From Perkinsus chesapeaki ATCC PRA-425 (taxonomy: Eukaryota; Protista; Perkinsozoa): 59,878 bases of DNA. The stretch is taken from positions 1-59,878 of the forward strand of contig JAAPAO010000158.1 of assembly GCA_013115145.1 (NCBI GenBank). The letters are read 5' to 3'. Made by a program: the position numbers and the translations under genes. Shown in pieces: positions 1-12,067 of this stretch; within the stretch, counting starts at the first letter, position 1, and every line of letters begins with the position of its first letter. A model generated the notes under the pieces. The model was not told the DNA's origin, did no database searches, and saw only the letters and a list, made by a program, of their open reading frames with translations.

Positions 1-130
1 AGATCTCCGAGCCGTTTCGTGCTGTCCTGGGCGATCGAGATTTCCAGATCCTTTATAGTGCGGGATCTGGACATATGGACACAAGGCAGTCAACGATGCG
101 TCGCCGCTTTCTGTATATCATAGAACCACG

Positions 131-925
131 ATGATGGTTAAACCAGACTGGTATGCTGATACTATGACGTTGGTCGTCCGCTCTAAGCCCCTCGGTATAG
201 ACTTCAAGAGAAGCGGTATCAGGTTTGAGGCGGAACAACTTCGCGACGGCGGTTGGTTGATTCATGTTGGTTATGAAGAAAATGGTATAGATCTCCTTCG
301 TGCTTTAAGGCGCTACGTGGGCACAAGGCCATCTTTGCCGACCGTATTATTCTATTTCGACAAGATAGTCAATAAGCTCTACTTCGCACATTTCTATCTT
401 AATGAGGTGGACTGCTTAGACGTGGACGACTTCTGGCCACCCACGGGGTTCCCGGCTCTTCAAAGCGGTGGGGTATACAGTGGCGGGTCTTCTGAGCAAC
501 GTTGGCCATTCAAAGAGAATTTCAGCATGCTGTTGACCCTTTCTGCCACTGGCACCAGGCTCAGCTTGTCGTATCAGCTCAAAGCAAGCACGGCCGCGAG
601 TCGGGAATATGGTGAGAATGTTAAGTTCACACCCGAGCGCTATGATGGACCTGAGAACACCATTTGGGCTATATTTGCCCCCAACCCTCACGTGGACACC
701 TCCACTGCAGAGTTCTTGGCCGATTGGCAGGAAGATGTTAATGTTAATCTTACGAAGTTTCGTACAGCTCATGGTCTTATCCCCCTTCTATATATTCATG
801 ATGACGGCAGTGAGATTTTATTTGGTAGCGAGGAAGGGTATGTTACTCTCTTGCCGTGTGACCCCACACGTTGCACGGCTCACGAGATGAGTAGAAATTC
901 TCCAACACCGACTTCTACGGTATAA
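131..925 (+). CDS. Hypothetical protein, 264 aa open frame, 5' end possibly outside the window or frame-disrupted
   Basis: Long stop-free ORF with globular, protein-like composition; no family recognised. Confidence 0.5.
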   Translation: MMVKPDWYADTMTLVVRSKPLGIDFKRSGIRFEAEQLRDGGWLIHVGYEENGIDLLRALRRYVGTRPSLPTVLFYFDKIVNKLYFAHFYLNEVDCLDVDDFWPPTGFPALQSGGVYSGGSSEQRWPFKENFSMLLTLSATGTRLSLSYQLKASTAASREYGENVKFTPERYDGPENTIWAIFAPNPHVDTSTAEFLADWQEDVNVNLTKFRTAHGLIPLLYIHDDGSEILFGSEEGYVTLLPCDPTRCTAHEMSRNSPTPTSTV

Positions 926-1044
926 TCCGGGATCTATCATGACTCATGATCAACAGTGTGGATTACACACTCGTTATACCTTCAGTTCTCTCTATCATAC
1001 GTTGTAGAGTCTTTCCTGAATGTCTATCATGGAAATAGGAATTG

Positions 1045-2781
1045 TTAATAAACTCTTGAGGTGGTTAATTGTGAAATCGCCTTCTCAATGACTGTTAGGT
1101 TCACTGTCTCAATGACTGTTGCCATCTGCGTATGTTCTGTTGGGTTTTTCCCAGTAATACGCGCTTGTTTCAAGACCAAGGCTTCGAGGGGAATCTATGC
1201 TTACTTGTGATGCCAAAGGACAAGTGACGGCTGGTCACCCACACTCACCACCCTGCGGACGTCGCCTAGTGCACGTCTGAGTCACTGCCGGTTGTTCAGT
1301 TACTGAACTTCAGTAGTTCAGTACCAGCCTAGGGTCAACAGTGCCAACTGTGACAGTTCTTGGCAAGAACTTCTCACAGACCACTGAGACCAGACGCACT
1401 CTTGCCAGCTTGGGAGAAGTATCACGGTGTTCAGACCTAGGCTTTTGTACTCTTCGCCCTGTCGCGCGACTTCACCAAAAAATCGATGTAGAAAAGTGAC
1501 TAAATACAATTGGAATACACACCTCAGTTACTTAGCCGAACCAGCGTTGGCCTGAAAGCACAGCTTTACCGTCCTAGAATAACTCTCCAACTCAACTGCA
1601 TTGAAGTAGATAAACTCGCCGTCTTTTGGTCGGTTCAGACATGTCAGTGTGTTGGGCACTTGTAGAACACAGTAACATGCTCCTTCGTTCTCAGACGATT
1701 CGAACCTCACTCTGTTATGGCTTTGGCATCCTTTAGGGTCCATGGCTGAGATAAAGCATGTCAGTCGCTGCCGCAAGACATCGTCTTACGATCCTGTGGC
1801 CATTTTATTGTTTCATACTGCTGAGGAGAGTCATTGAAAATCTCGTATTTGAGCGGTAGCTCTCTAGGCTCGGGATGGTCGAGTCTCCATCGAGCCTGAG
1901 TCATCCGTCAAGCAATTTGTTGACCAACGAAAGCTGCTTTCGTTGAGGTGCTGCACCTCTTCGGTGAGGCGATGAGCATGCGGGTGCTTCCATTCTATTT
2001 TACCCTTGTCGTTGATGATAGTCGCGTCAGGTCCTGATCACACGTTCCCGATATTCATCAAATTATGATCAATTTCAAGTCAAGGAGAGTCCTTCGCGTC
2101 TCACCGTGACCGTGTTGGTGAAGTACCCATTTTTTGATGATTCTGAGAAGTCTCGTGAGCTCTGAATCTAGAGGCTGATATCTGGCTCACAAAGGATCGC
2201 CTTCATGATAAGTCAATTCAGCTTCGTCCAGATGCATAACAGACTTCAAGTTGCCCATTTGAAACCGAAGTATACCAAAGTCGTATGGTTAATAAGACTG
2301 TTAACGACATGTTAAGATGCATTCTTCCACATCGTGGTTAATTACGGTTCTTTATTCCTCAAAAATGGTATGTAGCTCAGCCGAGCCAAGTGAGTGAGTA
2401 AACGCCCTGTCACCACGTAAGATCGGCGTGGGTAGTGGTGGTCTACCGGTAAGATGAATTGAAAGTATATGAAGCGCGTTTACGAACTTATTCTTATTCC
2501 GTGTAAGCTCAAGGTTCCCTCTCCCCTTGAGGATGGGGCTTAAAAAGTCAAGTAAACTCACCCGCACCACTACATCGTAAAAAGTGATTTGGCCTTCTTA
2601 GGTTCCTCACATCATATTCAGTCGCAAATCTTGATATCTTGCATTCTTGATATTTCTCAACGTCTCTCCGTTTTGTTAGTCCGTCCCACTCTTCAATTTG
2701 AAACTGGTATATTCGCTTCGGTTCTTGGGCCAGGTCAACATCCCTGTGCTGGCGGATCTTGATGAGTGCAGCACGGTCCAT
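1045..2781 (-). CDS. Putative multi-exon hypothetical protein, possibly OB-fold containing
   Basis: Several short minus-strand frames (MDRAALIKIR..., ...GEFIYFNAVELESYSRTVKLCF..., ARVRLVSVVCEKF..., IPLEALVLKQ...SRVY*) separated by GT..AG segments such as the GTGAGT donor near 2560. The exon chain is not fully resolved. Confidence 0.3.
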
Positions 2782-2837
2782 TTGTGTGAACTTAAAACTA
2801 GTTTTGAGGAAAATGTGATTTCATCACTACATTATAA

Positions 2838-3443
2838 ATGCTCATATATGGTATTTTATTAGAACAAACTGCAGCTCCTCCGATCCTCGTTCGTCTCCCC
2901 TCACATTTACCTTCAGTTGACGCCTTCACCTCTATGGTGTCTCCAATCACCCATGCCCGCCTCACCGCACTTAAGCCCCCTCGATACATCCGAGATTCCC
3001 AAATCGATCGTTCTAACCTATCCCAGGTTCTAGGGGAGATCATCCCTTCGAAGCCGGCCAGCATTACTGATGAGACCGCATCCGTTTGTAGCAACGTGTC
3101 GAATCGCCAACCTGGTCTGGCTATTGTAAAGCTCACCCCTCTGCCTGCTGAAGTGGCCGCCCGAACCGTCGGTGACATCCTCAAGTCTATAGGAGTTCAT
3201 TTACGTTCAGTAGCTCTTCGACGAAGCTCAGATGGCACTCATTCATCGGTCTATGCAGAAGTCTACGACTTATCAGATGCTAGATTGATACACGACCGTC
3301 TGAACGCTCGACCCTATGTCATCAATTTCGGCGATGGCATTGGCCATTGCCGGATCTGCCTCTCAGTCTCGACTCTCGAGGACAACGCTCTCTCCGAAGT
3401 GGCGTCCTGCGCTGGGGTGATGGAGGTTGTTAGGAACATATAA
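2838..3443 (+). CDS. Hypothetical protein with a possible degenerate RRM-like C-terminal region
   Basis: 201-aa ATG-started ORF; the segment AIVKLTPLP...VYAEVYDLSDARLIHDRLNARPY has RRM-like beta/alpha spacing by eye. Confidence 0.45.
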   Translation: MLIYGILLEQTAAPPILVRLPSHLPSVDAFTSMVSPITHARLTALKPPRYIRDSQIDRSNLSQVLGEIIPSKPASITDETASVCSNVSNRQPGLAIVKLTPLPAEVAARTVGDILKSIGVHLRSVALRRSSDGTHSSVYAEVYDLSDARLIHDRLNARPYVINFGDGIGHCRICLSVSTLEDNALSEVASCAGVMEVVRNI

Positions 3444-3531
3444 AAGTTGGTATACATTTTCGTCGGACAGTATGATGATACGACTTATTTTCGCTGCAGG
3501 CGATTTGTCATTGGTGAGCGTTTTTCAGCGG

Positions 3532-4130
3532 TCATTTTTCGTGTATGATTTGTTCAATGTTGCCGCTCAGCTTCCTCATCATCAACTGTCTCCGGTGCTC
3601 CTGTTGTGTTGTAGTCGTTAATCTGTTTTGGCTCCGCTGAAGTGGGGGACTTTTCTGGGAAGCTTTATAGGTATCGGTTGTCAAAGTTAGTTGGATGTGA
3701 CGATCTGGAGAGTCGGAGTTTGGTTTGCCGAATAAAGGGAAGTCCCGGAATAGGTATCAACAAGATCAATAGGCGGATTGAGAAGTGTTTTCGGAACGTG
3801 CCATAATAGGTCTTGTTGATGAGTAAAAATAATTAAATTCTTACCGGTTTTGTCGAAATGCTGAGATTGAAAAATGCCTCATCGGTGGGCAAGGGGACGA
3901 AAGAAGTTGTGAAGGTGCTGATAGAGGGGGCATGTACGAATGTTAGATCTGGGGTGATTTTCAGAGGTCCTCAGCTGGTGGTTAGCTGGTTTTTTGTTGG
4001 AATCCAGGTGGTTGCGAACGTTGGGGAATTCGGCAAAGTCGACAAGGATTAATTTCTTTGAATCGATATGATTGTTGGTAGATTTCCCATCGTTGTCGAT
4101 TAGATGTGATGTGGGAGGCCATCAGTCATA
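3532..4130 (-). CDS. Putative two-exon hypothetical protein fragment
   Basis: The frame IDSKKLILVDFAEF...NLSISTKP ends at a GTAAGA donor and resumes after CAAG as DLLWHVPKTLL...QIIHEK*. No start was located. Confidence 0.3.
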
Positions 4131-4202
4131 GGAGATGGTCATCGAGAGTCGTTGAAGTAAATGATAGATATAGGCTAATGTGTATGATCAATTATCTCTG
4201 GC

Positions 4203-5330
4203 TTGTGCAATGTCATCCAGGTAATGATTTCGGAAAAGTCGGCGATGGTTTTGGAAGGGCCGAACGGACGTGTTCAACGAAAACGATTTACACACATGAA
4301 TCACATTACCGTTGATAGAAGATACGAAATTACGCACCCGAAAGAATTCAAGATATCTTTTTGTTGTCGTCGTAGCTTCTTTGTTTTGATGGTATCTTGC
4401 TCGGCTATGTTATTGCAAGCTCATGTGCTAGAGCTGGCAGCACTGCAAAGGGTATGTTGTAGAGTGTGCGAGGCTCGAGAGTGGTCGGGAGACATCTTAC
4501 CGACAGTGAAGAATCTTATGGGTGCCCGAGCGGTGGCCCTCGAAAAAGTGGCAGTCGCCGAGCTCCATTCGAAAGGTTGCAATAACGTCTATGCGTTCTG
4601 CCATGGCGGGGAGATGTATCTGGTTGGCCACGAAGCTGGTAAAGGCTCAAGCGCATGCGTGCAGATTCATACCGCTCTCGCCGCTGATCACAAGAGATTT
4701 CCAGTCATGGCTGATAAGTGTTATTTCGTATATGATTCCTGTTTTGATCGAATAATAATTCTTGCTCAAGGGCGAGATAACTTCCACCTCCATTCCATCG
4801 ATTTAGTTTCTGATAAAATGATCTCGCATGGTCGCATCGAAATCGGGTTGACCCCGCCCACCTGCGCTCTGGCGTCATCTGGTGGTGACATTTTCTTGGC
4901 CGCTCTGGGCGAGTTCGGTGGCTCGTGTTTCTTGGAAGTCCACAAGCTTTCTCTGAAGGAGAATCTTAGGTTGAAGCTGGTTTGGTCCACAGAGGTTGAA
5001 AGATACCCGTTTCCAGAGTATATGGATGTGCGTATTTCCTGCGAAGATCGGTGCCACGGTTCCCTTCAATCCCTTCAAGTATCAATCGACGGCGATAAGA
5101 GAACCTTCGCAGCGGAAATTATTTTCCGAAAATTTGACGAGAAGATCGTAAATGTTTCTCGCAACGTTGATCTGACTCTGCCAGAAACCGGTGCGACTTT
5201 CGGCCCGATCGTCTCTGTTAATCGCCGGGGGAAGCTCGTCGATGTGGTGAGGCGGAAGTGGGGCTCGGTCGGCGACGGTGGTGGAGGGAGCGATATCAGA
5301 ATTGAGACATTCTTACTATCTGTCAAGTAG
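4203..5330 (+). CDS. Intronless hypothetical protein, beta-rich and possibly propeller-like; likely ATG at 4389
   Basis: 375-aa ORF; AG acceptors and a pyrimidine tract precede the ATG at 4389; repeated short hydrophobic strands. Confidence 0.6.
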   Translation: MCNVIQVMISEKSAMVLEGPNGRVQRKRFTHMNHITVDRRYEITHPKEFKISFCCRRSFFVLMVSCSAMLLQAHVLELAALQRVCCRVCEAREWSGDILPTVKNLMGARAVALEKVAVAELHSKGCNNVYAFCHGGEMYLVGHEAGKGSSACVQIHTALAADHKRFPVMADKCYFVYDSCFDRIIILAQGRDNFHLHSIDLVSDKMISHGRIEIGLTPPTCALASSGGDIFLAALGEFGGSCFLEVHKLSLKENLRLKLVWSTEVERYPFPEYMDVRISCEDRCHGSLQSLQVSIDGDKRTFAAEIIFRKFDEKIVNVSRNVDLTLPETGATFGPIVSVNRRGKLVDVVRRKWGSVGDGGGGSDIRIETFLLSVK

Positions 5331-5455
5331 ATTCAATAACTTTTCAAATTCAGTGCATGCTCGATGGTGATCGTTTTGGGTTCAATTTTGAGGGCGCGAC
5401 AAATCTTTATCGCTGGAGCTCTCGTCGAACGGTGTTTTTATATATTATTATCTTC

Positions 5456-8400
5456 ATGAGCCCGCCGTCCACGTACGCCTCATTGACCATCGCCGAGCTT
5501 CGCAGTCTGCTCACTCGTAACGGAGTTCAGGTCCCTCAAAGCAATGTTAAGAAGGCTGTTCTGGTGAAGTAAGTTGATTAATTATCATCTTTTCGATGTG
5601 AGGAGGATCTTCTCCTTCAAAAAAGACGGTCCGTTAAATTACCGATCAATTGCTCCTCCAGGCGGCGGCCCAGAATTGGCGCTTATTCTTGCCATGGGAA
5701 AATTGGTTCCCACTACCAACCTATTTTCCATCTTGGATCGTTCTACCAAAGCCGCTGTCGAATCGATACTTTGGTGCGCTTAATGGCGCTTAAAGTGCCG
5801 CTTCTTGATAATCTACAATTCCTATTGCCAGGTGGACCACACATCTCCGTGGCAATTGGGAACGCTTCTCGGAGCATTTTCAAGGAAACCGCTGGAGGCC
5901 AGTGCGTGATGATGTCGATTTAATTACATGCTAATTTACAAATTTCAACTTAACTATTTCGATATGGCTGTGTGGTATCTTCCAGTGTGATGCATCTATT
6001 CTGGTGCACCCGATTCCTTCTGGGTCATTTTCATCATTAAGCATCATAATCCCCTTGTCATATATGAGAGCTGTTTCAGTTTGTGTCTGAAGGAGCTCGG
6101 TCCCGAAGGCTCCAGACGAGAGTCATCAGCGATGGCGAGCCCGCCGCCACCGCTCACCCCTCCGAGCTCGAGATCTACTAGTGAGTCTCTGGGAGGGAAT
6201 GGTTCAGCTTTTCCTCCTGCGTGGTTGATCATTCCTCGTTGGTTGCAAGTGGCCGTCGGCAGCTCTGATCGAATCCGTCATCCACTTCAGAAGAATCTCC
6301 TGGCGTTGTTATTGGACTAGGTGGATCTCGCTCGCACGTTTGCCCTCGGGCCGGCGAGACAGAGGGAAAGAACGCACTCGCGAGAATATCTTATTTCCGT
6401 TTCGCGAAGTATAAAATAATAATAACTATTTTCGGTACATTCAACGAAAATGTGTGGTATAAAATCTAGATTACCCAGTTGCGCGGGATGATGATGACGA
6501 GCAGTAGGGGTGAACTTCTGTGGGACCTGGGATTGATGAACCACCAGAATGAAGGAGATCGAAGTCTTGGTCGATTTTGCGCCTAGGGCCGGCTTCAGGC
6601 TTTTCTTACTTCCATTTAAATATCTGGGATTTTCCATCTACCGAAAGTTCTTCCATAGGAGGAGACAGTTTTTGTGCAGCTTGTCATCAGATCTCTCCGT
6701 TTAGGTCCTGTGGCTGCGAGGAAGTCCAGTGCGGTGTCACGTGACGATGCCAGAGGAGGATCAACGAGAGTCACCCACGGAGGCTCGTCTAGGAGGTCGG
6801 GGTTGAATTTACGGGTGAACTTTACTATCAATTCTGGCCTTCTGGTTTTCATGGAGAAAATTCGGCCGTAAAGATTTAGTGTTGCTTGCTTCATGTGATG
6901 CTTAGTCGTTTGGGAACTTGATCGGAGGAGGACACGGTAATGTTGGTGATGCATACGAGACGTTTGGCATCCCTACTGGGTGATCTTCTTCTTTAGAGTG
7001 ACTTGATATCGATCGCGCGCGCACTGCATGAAGTTACATTATATCTCACAGACAGTGACGCACTGTGAAAATCTGGGTTCAGACTTTTGAGTTCAAATCC
7101 AGAAAATGTCAGAAGTGTCTTAGTTCCTCCACTAGCTGCGGGGTTGTGCCAGCATAGAGAGTTTCATCACACTGACTGGCCACGTCAGACTAACACCGAT
7201 GCGCTTACTCTGGGGTGAGTACGTTGATGCGGCGCCTCTCACAATCATGGAAGCAATCCCTCGGAATGTGACCATTTAAACCTGTAGACTTAGCCGGTGC
7301 GTTTGGATACAGCGCGTCATCTTATAGACGGTCGAAACGGGACGTTCAATTTCAGTCGCGGTGAGTCGCGGAGATCAGCGGCACTTCGGAAGAGTTCGCG
7401 GGCCAGAACTAGTCTGGCTTCGGCCGTTTCAAGCGAAGGTGAGCTCCCGCGCGCCACGAAATTGGCAGAATTTTGATCGTAGGGCCCGATTTGGTCGATG
7501 TTGGTCGAGTCTTTTCGAGCGATGATGAAGATCTATCCGAAATGAGCGAGAGTCCGGAGCCTAGCCGGTGGGGATGTGTGTCATACCGTATTCTCCTCAA
7601 CTTGTCTTGAAAGTTACAATAGGGGTCGAAGCAGCATGGGCAGCCTTCCGAAGGCCTCCCCCTCTACAGGGGAGAAGTCGACTGCACGCAGAAGGAAGTC
7701 CAGTAAGTGTCGATGGGAGGGAAAATTTCCCGAAAAGGGAATTGGCGTGTGGAAAGGCAATGTTGTTTGTTATTATAGGAGCATTTTTGGAGCTTTGTGG
7801 TCCACGTGAAGTGTTTAGTGTACTTGATGGAATCGCACCTATCGTGACGGTTCCGCCCGGGATTAGCCGAGCCCCAGGAGAATCTGTTCGTTTGTTGTCG
7901 GGAAGCTCCGCAGTGCGGAGACATGATGGAAACGGAACGAAAAGGATTCTTTTTTGAGCCAAAAGCGTCGGAAGCATTCCTTCTGAGGATATTTGGTGTT
8001 CGATATTTGGTCTATGGCCCTTTGGGTGTCATGTGATAACAAACACAAACTCGCCTTCTTACTTGCTAAAGAGGAAGCTCTTCGGCCTGCATGCGACATT
8101 ACATCCGCAATAACCACTCCTCATTGCGAAATGCCTAATAATAATTTTTCGCATTATGTGGAAGCCAGCCACGGGACGTCCCGATGCTTTGTTTTCTGAA
8201 AGGGCAAAGTTCATCACCTCAGGTAGACCACCAAGTCGTACCAGTGCTGTATCACAGGCTTCGGTTGAAAAAGTAACAAATTGTAATTCTCACGCGCCGC
8301 GAAATTTTGGTGTGTCAGACCTTGTTTGCTTCTCCTGAAGATGAAGTTGGTAAATCGAGGCGCGTGACGATTTCGCCGCTGAGCTACTTGAGGCCGCTGA

Positions 8401-11400
8401 AGGAAGATCAGAAACGGAGGACTTATTCCATCAAGGTCGGTCGAGGAAAGGTTTCCGATGATTATTGGCAGTGTTGCTCAGATGAACACCCTGTTCGGCA
8501 TAGCCCTTGTGGTGGTGTCGGTTGCTGCCTATTGGTGAGTTGGAGATGGAACAGGAGTCTTACTTTATTAGGGACTCGTAGCGCAGAAGCGGAATCGAAT
8601 AGTTCTATCATATTGGATATATATAACTGAGAAATATGCTCTAGATCCTTGCAATAAGCATGAGCTGATTTCGTACGGTAGCTCGCCTAGTTGTTAAATC
8701 GCTTTTTTCAATTGTGTGTGTGAGTTTATAGTCCAACGTCAAAGAAGGCTTAGTTATACTATACTTACTATGCGCTTGTTCTAATTCGGACCTATATAGG
8801 CTGTGAGTTTCGGATCTTGGATTTCCAGACGCAGCTTCGCGCTTTTCGGTAAAAGCTTCGAGATTCACATTAGTTGGCTGGCATGGAAAATGTGGGAGTG
8901 TGCAAGCATGTGCTTCAATTTTGGTAGCGAAAAAGTACTGCTAGTAATTTTCCCAGTAGAATGATGACTGAAAATGGAAGCCTTAAAGGTCACAAGTCCT
9001 GGGCTGCGTGATAAGAAAACGAAGACAGTCCATCTGGAATCCTACTATATGCATATATAACGAAAATTGTACTGTGACATTTTGATAACTAACAGATGAG
9101 ATGACATTATTTATTATAACATACTTTAAAATGGCAGACACTGTATTTTATTTTAAGATAATTTCAAGATAATATAATTTTAAGATTTATTATAAGCCAT
9201 TTTTATATAAGCGAGGTGTGAATTATTGACTATCTTACATTCGTATTTTTCATTGTAAATAGCTTTATCTTGTGCATATCACCCTCAGGTATCTTCCCGG
9301 ACCACGATTGCGTTATTGCGATGGTCAGCATGGTCAGCATCTGAATGAGAAGTGCGAGCCATGTCCGGCCCACGCTACCTGTCACGGGTTCACTATGGCA
9401 TGTGATGACTTGTTCAAGCGGGAAGGAGATGTCTGTGTTAGAGATGAGCATTTGTAAGCAATGAAGGCTAGGGGCTGATTGGGAGAATTTCTGAAAAAAT
9501 ACGGAAGTCTCTTCGCGTTCCTCCATTTCATTTGTAAGATTTCATTGGGGTTTCACTGAGAGATGTTCCTAACTAGGTTTGATAGTAATACTATAACTAC
9601 GATCCATACTTACTATTCATCCGTACTGTACTCGCTATCTAAAGAGGGTTCAACTTTCAGCCGGATGGCGGGTGCTGTATAATGCACTTGTCAAACCACC
9701 AAGTCGGGCTAACAGTTCGGATGTCGGCCCCCTAATGTGCGTTACCATAGAAGGGTCGACGGCCCTGAGGACTGGGCCCAGGGTCGCCAGACATCAGTCC
9801 TCGATAATTTCATCGTTACTTATTTCAGTGATGACAGCGGTAAGCGTGCTCTCCAATGGGCAACTCTTGAAGCTACTCATAATATAATATCATTAATATT
9901 GAGTCTCTGTCGGCAATGCACAGCTGGCTGTGATGTACGTACATGTCGAGACTCTCGGCCAGCTCCGGTCGATTCGACCTGTCGAGCTTTGTGAAGTTCC
10001 AGAGAGTCGTTCTTCCCTCATCAGCAGGGAGACAAATATTGTGTCATTCCCTTACTGGCGCCAACGTTGATCTTTTCTAGTATTGCCAAGAGTATACTGG
10101 TCTCTAATCCTATTCGTAGAAGGGGCAGAGCTCGGCAAATCGTCAGTAGATTCTTATGGATGGTCGCGAGTTCGATCCCCAGGCATGTCATTTTTCCGCG
10201 GAAATCCAATTTTCGTCCTCAAACCTTGTAGATATTCAGAACCCATCCTTTGTGGTTTTGCTAGTATCCCCATTTCAAAAGCTATCGAATAATATACACT
10301 GTCTAGTCGTAACGGCTCTAGATCGAGCTGAATAATCTGTTCGTACAGACGACCAAAGTACGAGAATAAGCTTCGATCGCTCCGTCATTGGTTTGCTACT
10401 ACCCGTCTAGGTACATGGTGTCTCATCACATGGCAGCCTCCCTGGCCGACTATCTCGCCGAGAGAAAGGGCGATCACGAATGTTATATGACGAGATATCA
10501 ACTGGACGAGAGTGAAGCAAAGAGGTGGCAATTATAACACTTCAAGGGAAAGCTTAATCCTTCTCGAGTCGCAGGCTCTGGTGGAGGAATCTTCCACCAG
10601 GCTTTCCTCGAGTACCGTTTCGTTTTGTTTAGCGCATCATCACGGAGGAAATGTCTCCTATCGTATTTGCTGTGGGAACGCACTTCCTGTCGAAGCATCT
10701 ATTATAATTGCTAGGCTATAGGAGCTGCCCTTGATAGTTGAAATATCCCAATTTGTTAACTATTCCTCAATTCCGGAATGTCTCCACCCTCCCACGCCCT
10801 GAGTCGATCAAGACTTGCCTTCCTATCGTATTTCATATTCTCGAGTCCATTTCAGATATCTTCGGGAGAGGTGTTGGGAAGCCCGCAGACTCAGCAAGAC
10901 TGATTTTGATATCTCGTTCAAGCTCATGCGTAAGTGTGGTCAACGTCTGAAATTTCACAATGGTCGAGTCTTGGATTTCTCGCGCCGAGGCATCGCGGCG
11001 CAGGAATCTTTTGCACTTGCGCATGCAGGAGCTGGGTTGTCGGCGAAATTGGGTATAGGTTCGCCGCCCGAACGACATAGTTTACAGGACTGGGTTGCTG
11101 GGGATTCCTCAGCAACCAGGAGCAATACCAGTTTTACAGTGGGAAATATATATTACGAATCAATTTATATGACATATTCGGCGGGAGGCTGCCTCCCGCA
11201 CATGAAGCCAACCCGTTAAGAGAGGCCAAAGTGAAAGGCGTCTGTGATAGCTTACAAACGGTACAACCTCATCTACCGTAAGTTGGTTATGCTTCGTCGT
11301 GAAATATGCACTGCCAACGCGAGCCGTAATGTAATACCGTGTGAATGCCGTAATACACGTAGAGGTTTTTATATTACCGGCTTCGGCAGATGGAGCTCTA

Positions 11401-12067
11401 AAGACACTCAGACACTCCGAACTTGACTTGAGCCTCTCTAGCTTGATTTCCCGTACATGGTCTAGGCTCCTCCGATACACACTGTCTGAGGCTCGAAAGA
11501 TGTTTTCAAATGGTCAACCCTGGTTGTGCAGCTCGATCCTCGAGTTGTTACTCTTCCTTTCCTTTCAGTGTCCGAGTCACTTCCAAATGAATACGGTGCC
11601 CAAATAGTTCACACGGCCGGGGGCACATTGTGGTCGCTGAAGTCAACCAAGAGGTTGCATTGTCGAATCACGGAGGCAGTGCAATTGTGGTGGAAACCGG
11701 TCTGCTTGGTCGCTGTGGTGATCTTGTTCTTGCTGTGGAGAATCCGCAGGTAAGGATAGCTGACTTCTTTGTGTGATTTGTCCCGGTTAGGTGGTCCAAT
11801 AGAAGATGGGCGCGCAAATCGGCGCTGCAGGCGGTCGCGGCGTGCACTCGCATTGGCTCCGACGGCAGCATCCGGGGGCTGCGTGTTCATGATTTAGCCA
11901 CCGAGGTCTTGGGATGGCCCGAAGCCAAAGTTCGGGCGTATATGGATGAGCTGTCGAAGCACGAAGCAGACCTGCAATCATCCGGCGATGGAGAGTATTG
12001 GTCCGAGGCTGCCGTGAAGAGACTGGCGCCACAGGCTACCCAGCCGCAGGGCTATCGTATGTTCTGA
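5456..12067 (+). CDS. HeH/LEM-like plus Man1-Src1 (MSC) inner nuclear membrane protein, multi-exon
   Basis: Exon 1 (5456-5568) joined to 6080 gives LTIAELRSLLTRNGVQVPQSNVKKAVLVNLCLKEL (HeH motif), followed by S/P/R-rich exons at 7350-7700. TM1 is NTLFGIALVVVSVAAYW (~8500). The luminal CEPCPAHATC...C..F...G..CVRD motif is at 9289-9454 and YLAERKGDHEC at ~10450. TM2 is LWWKPVCLVAVVILFLLWRIRR (~11690-11750), then the C-terminal exon runs to TGA at 12065-12067. Confidence 0.8.

Noticed and set aside
7950-7972. Relict spliced-leader sequence (TTTTGGCTCAA on minus)
   Set aside because: Only about 11 nt match the dinoflagellate/Perkinsus SL 3' end, the site is not upstream of an identified gene, and I saw no full SL copy in the window.
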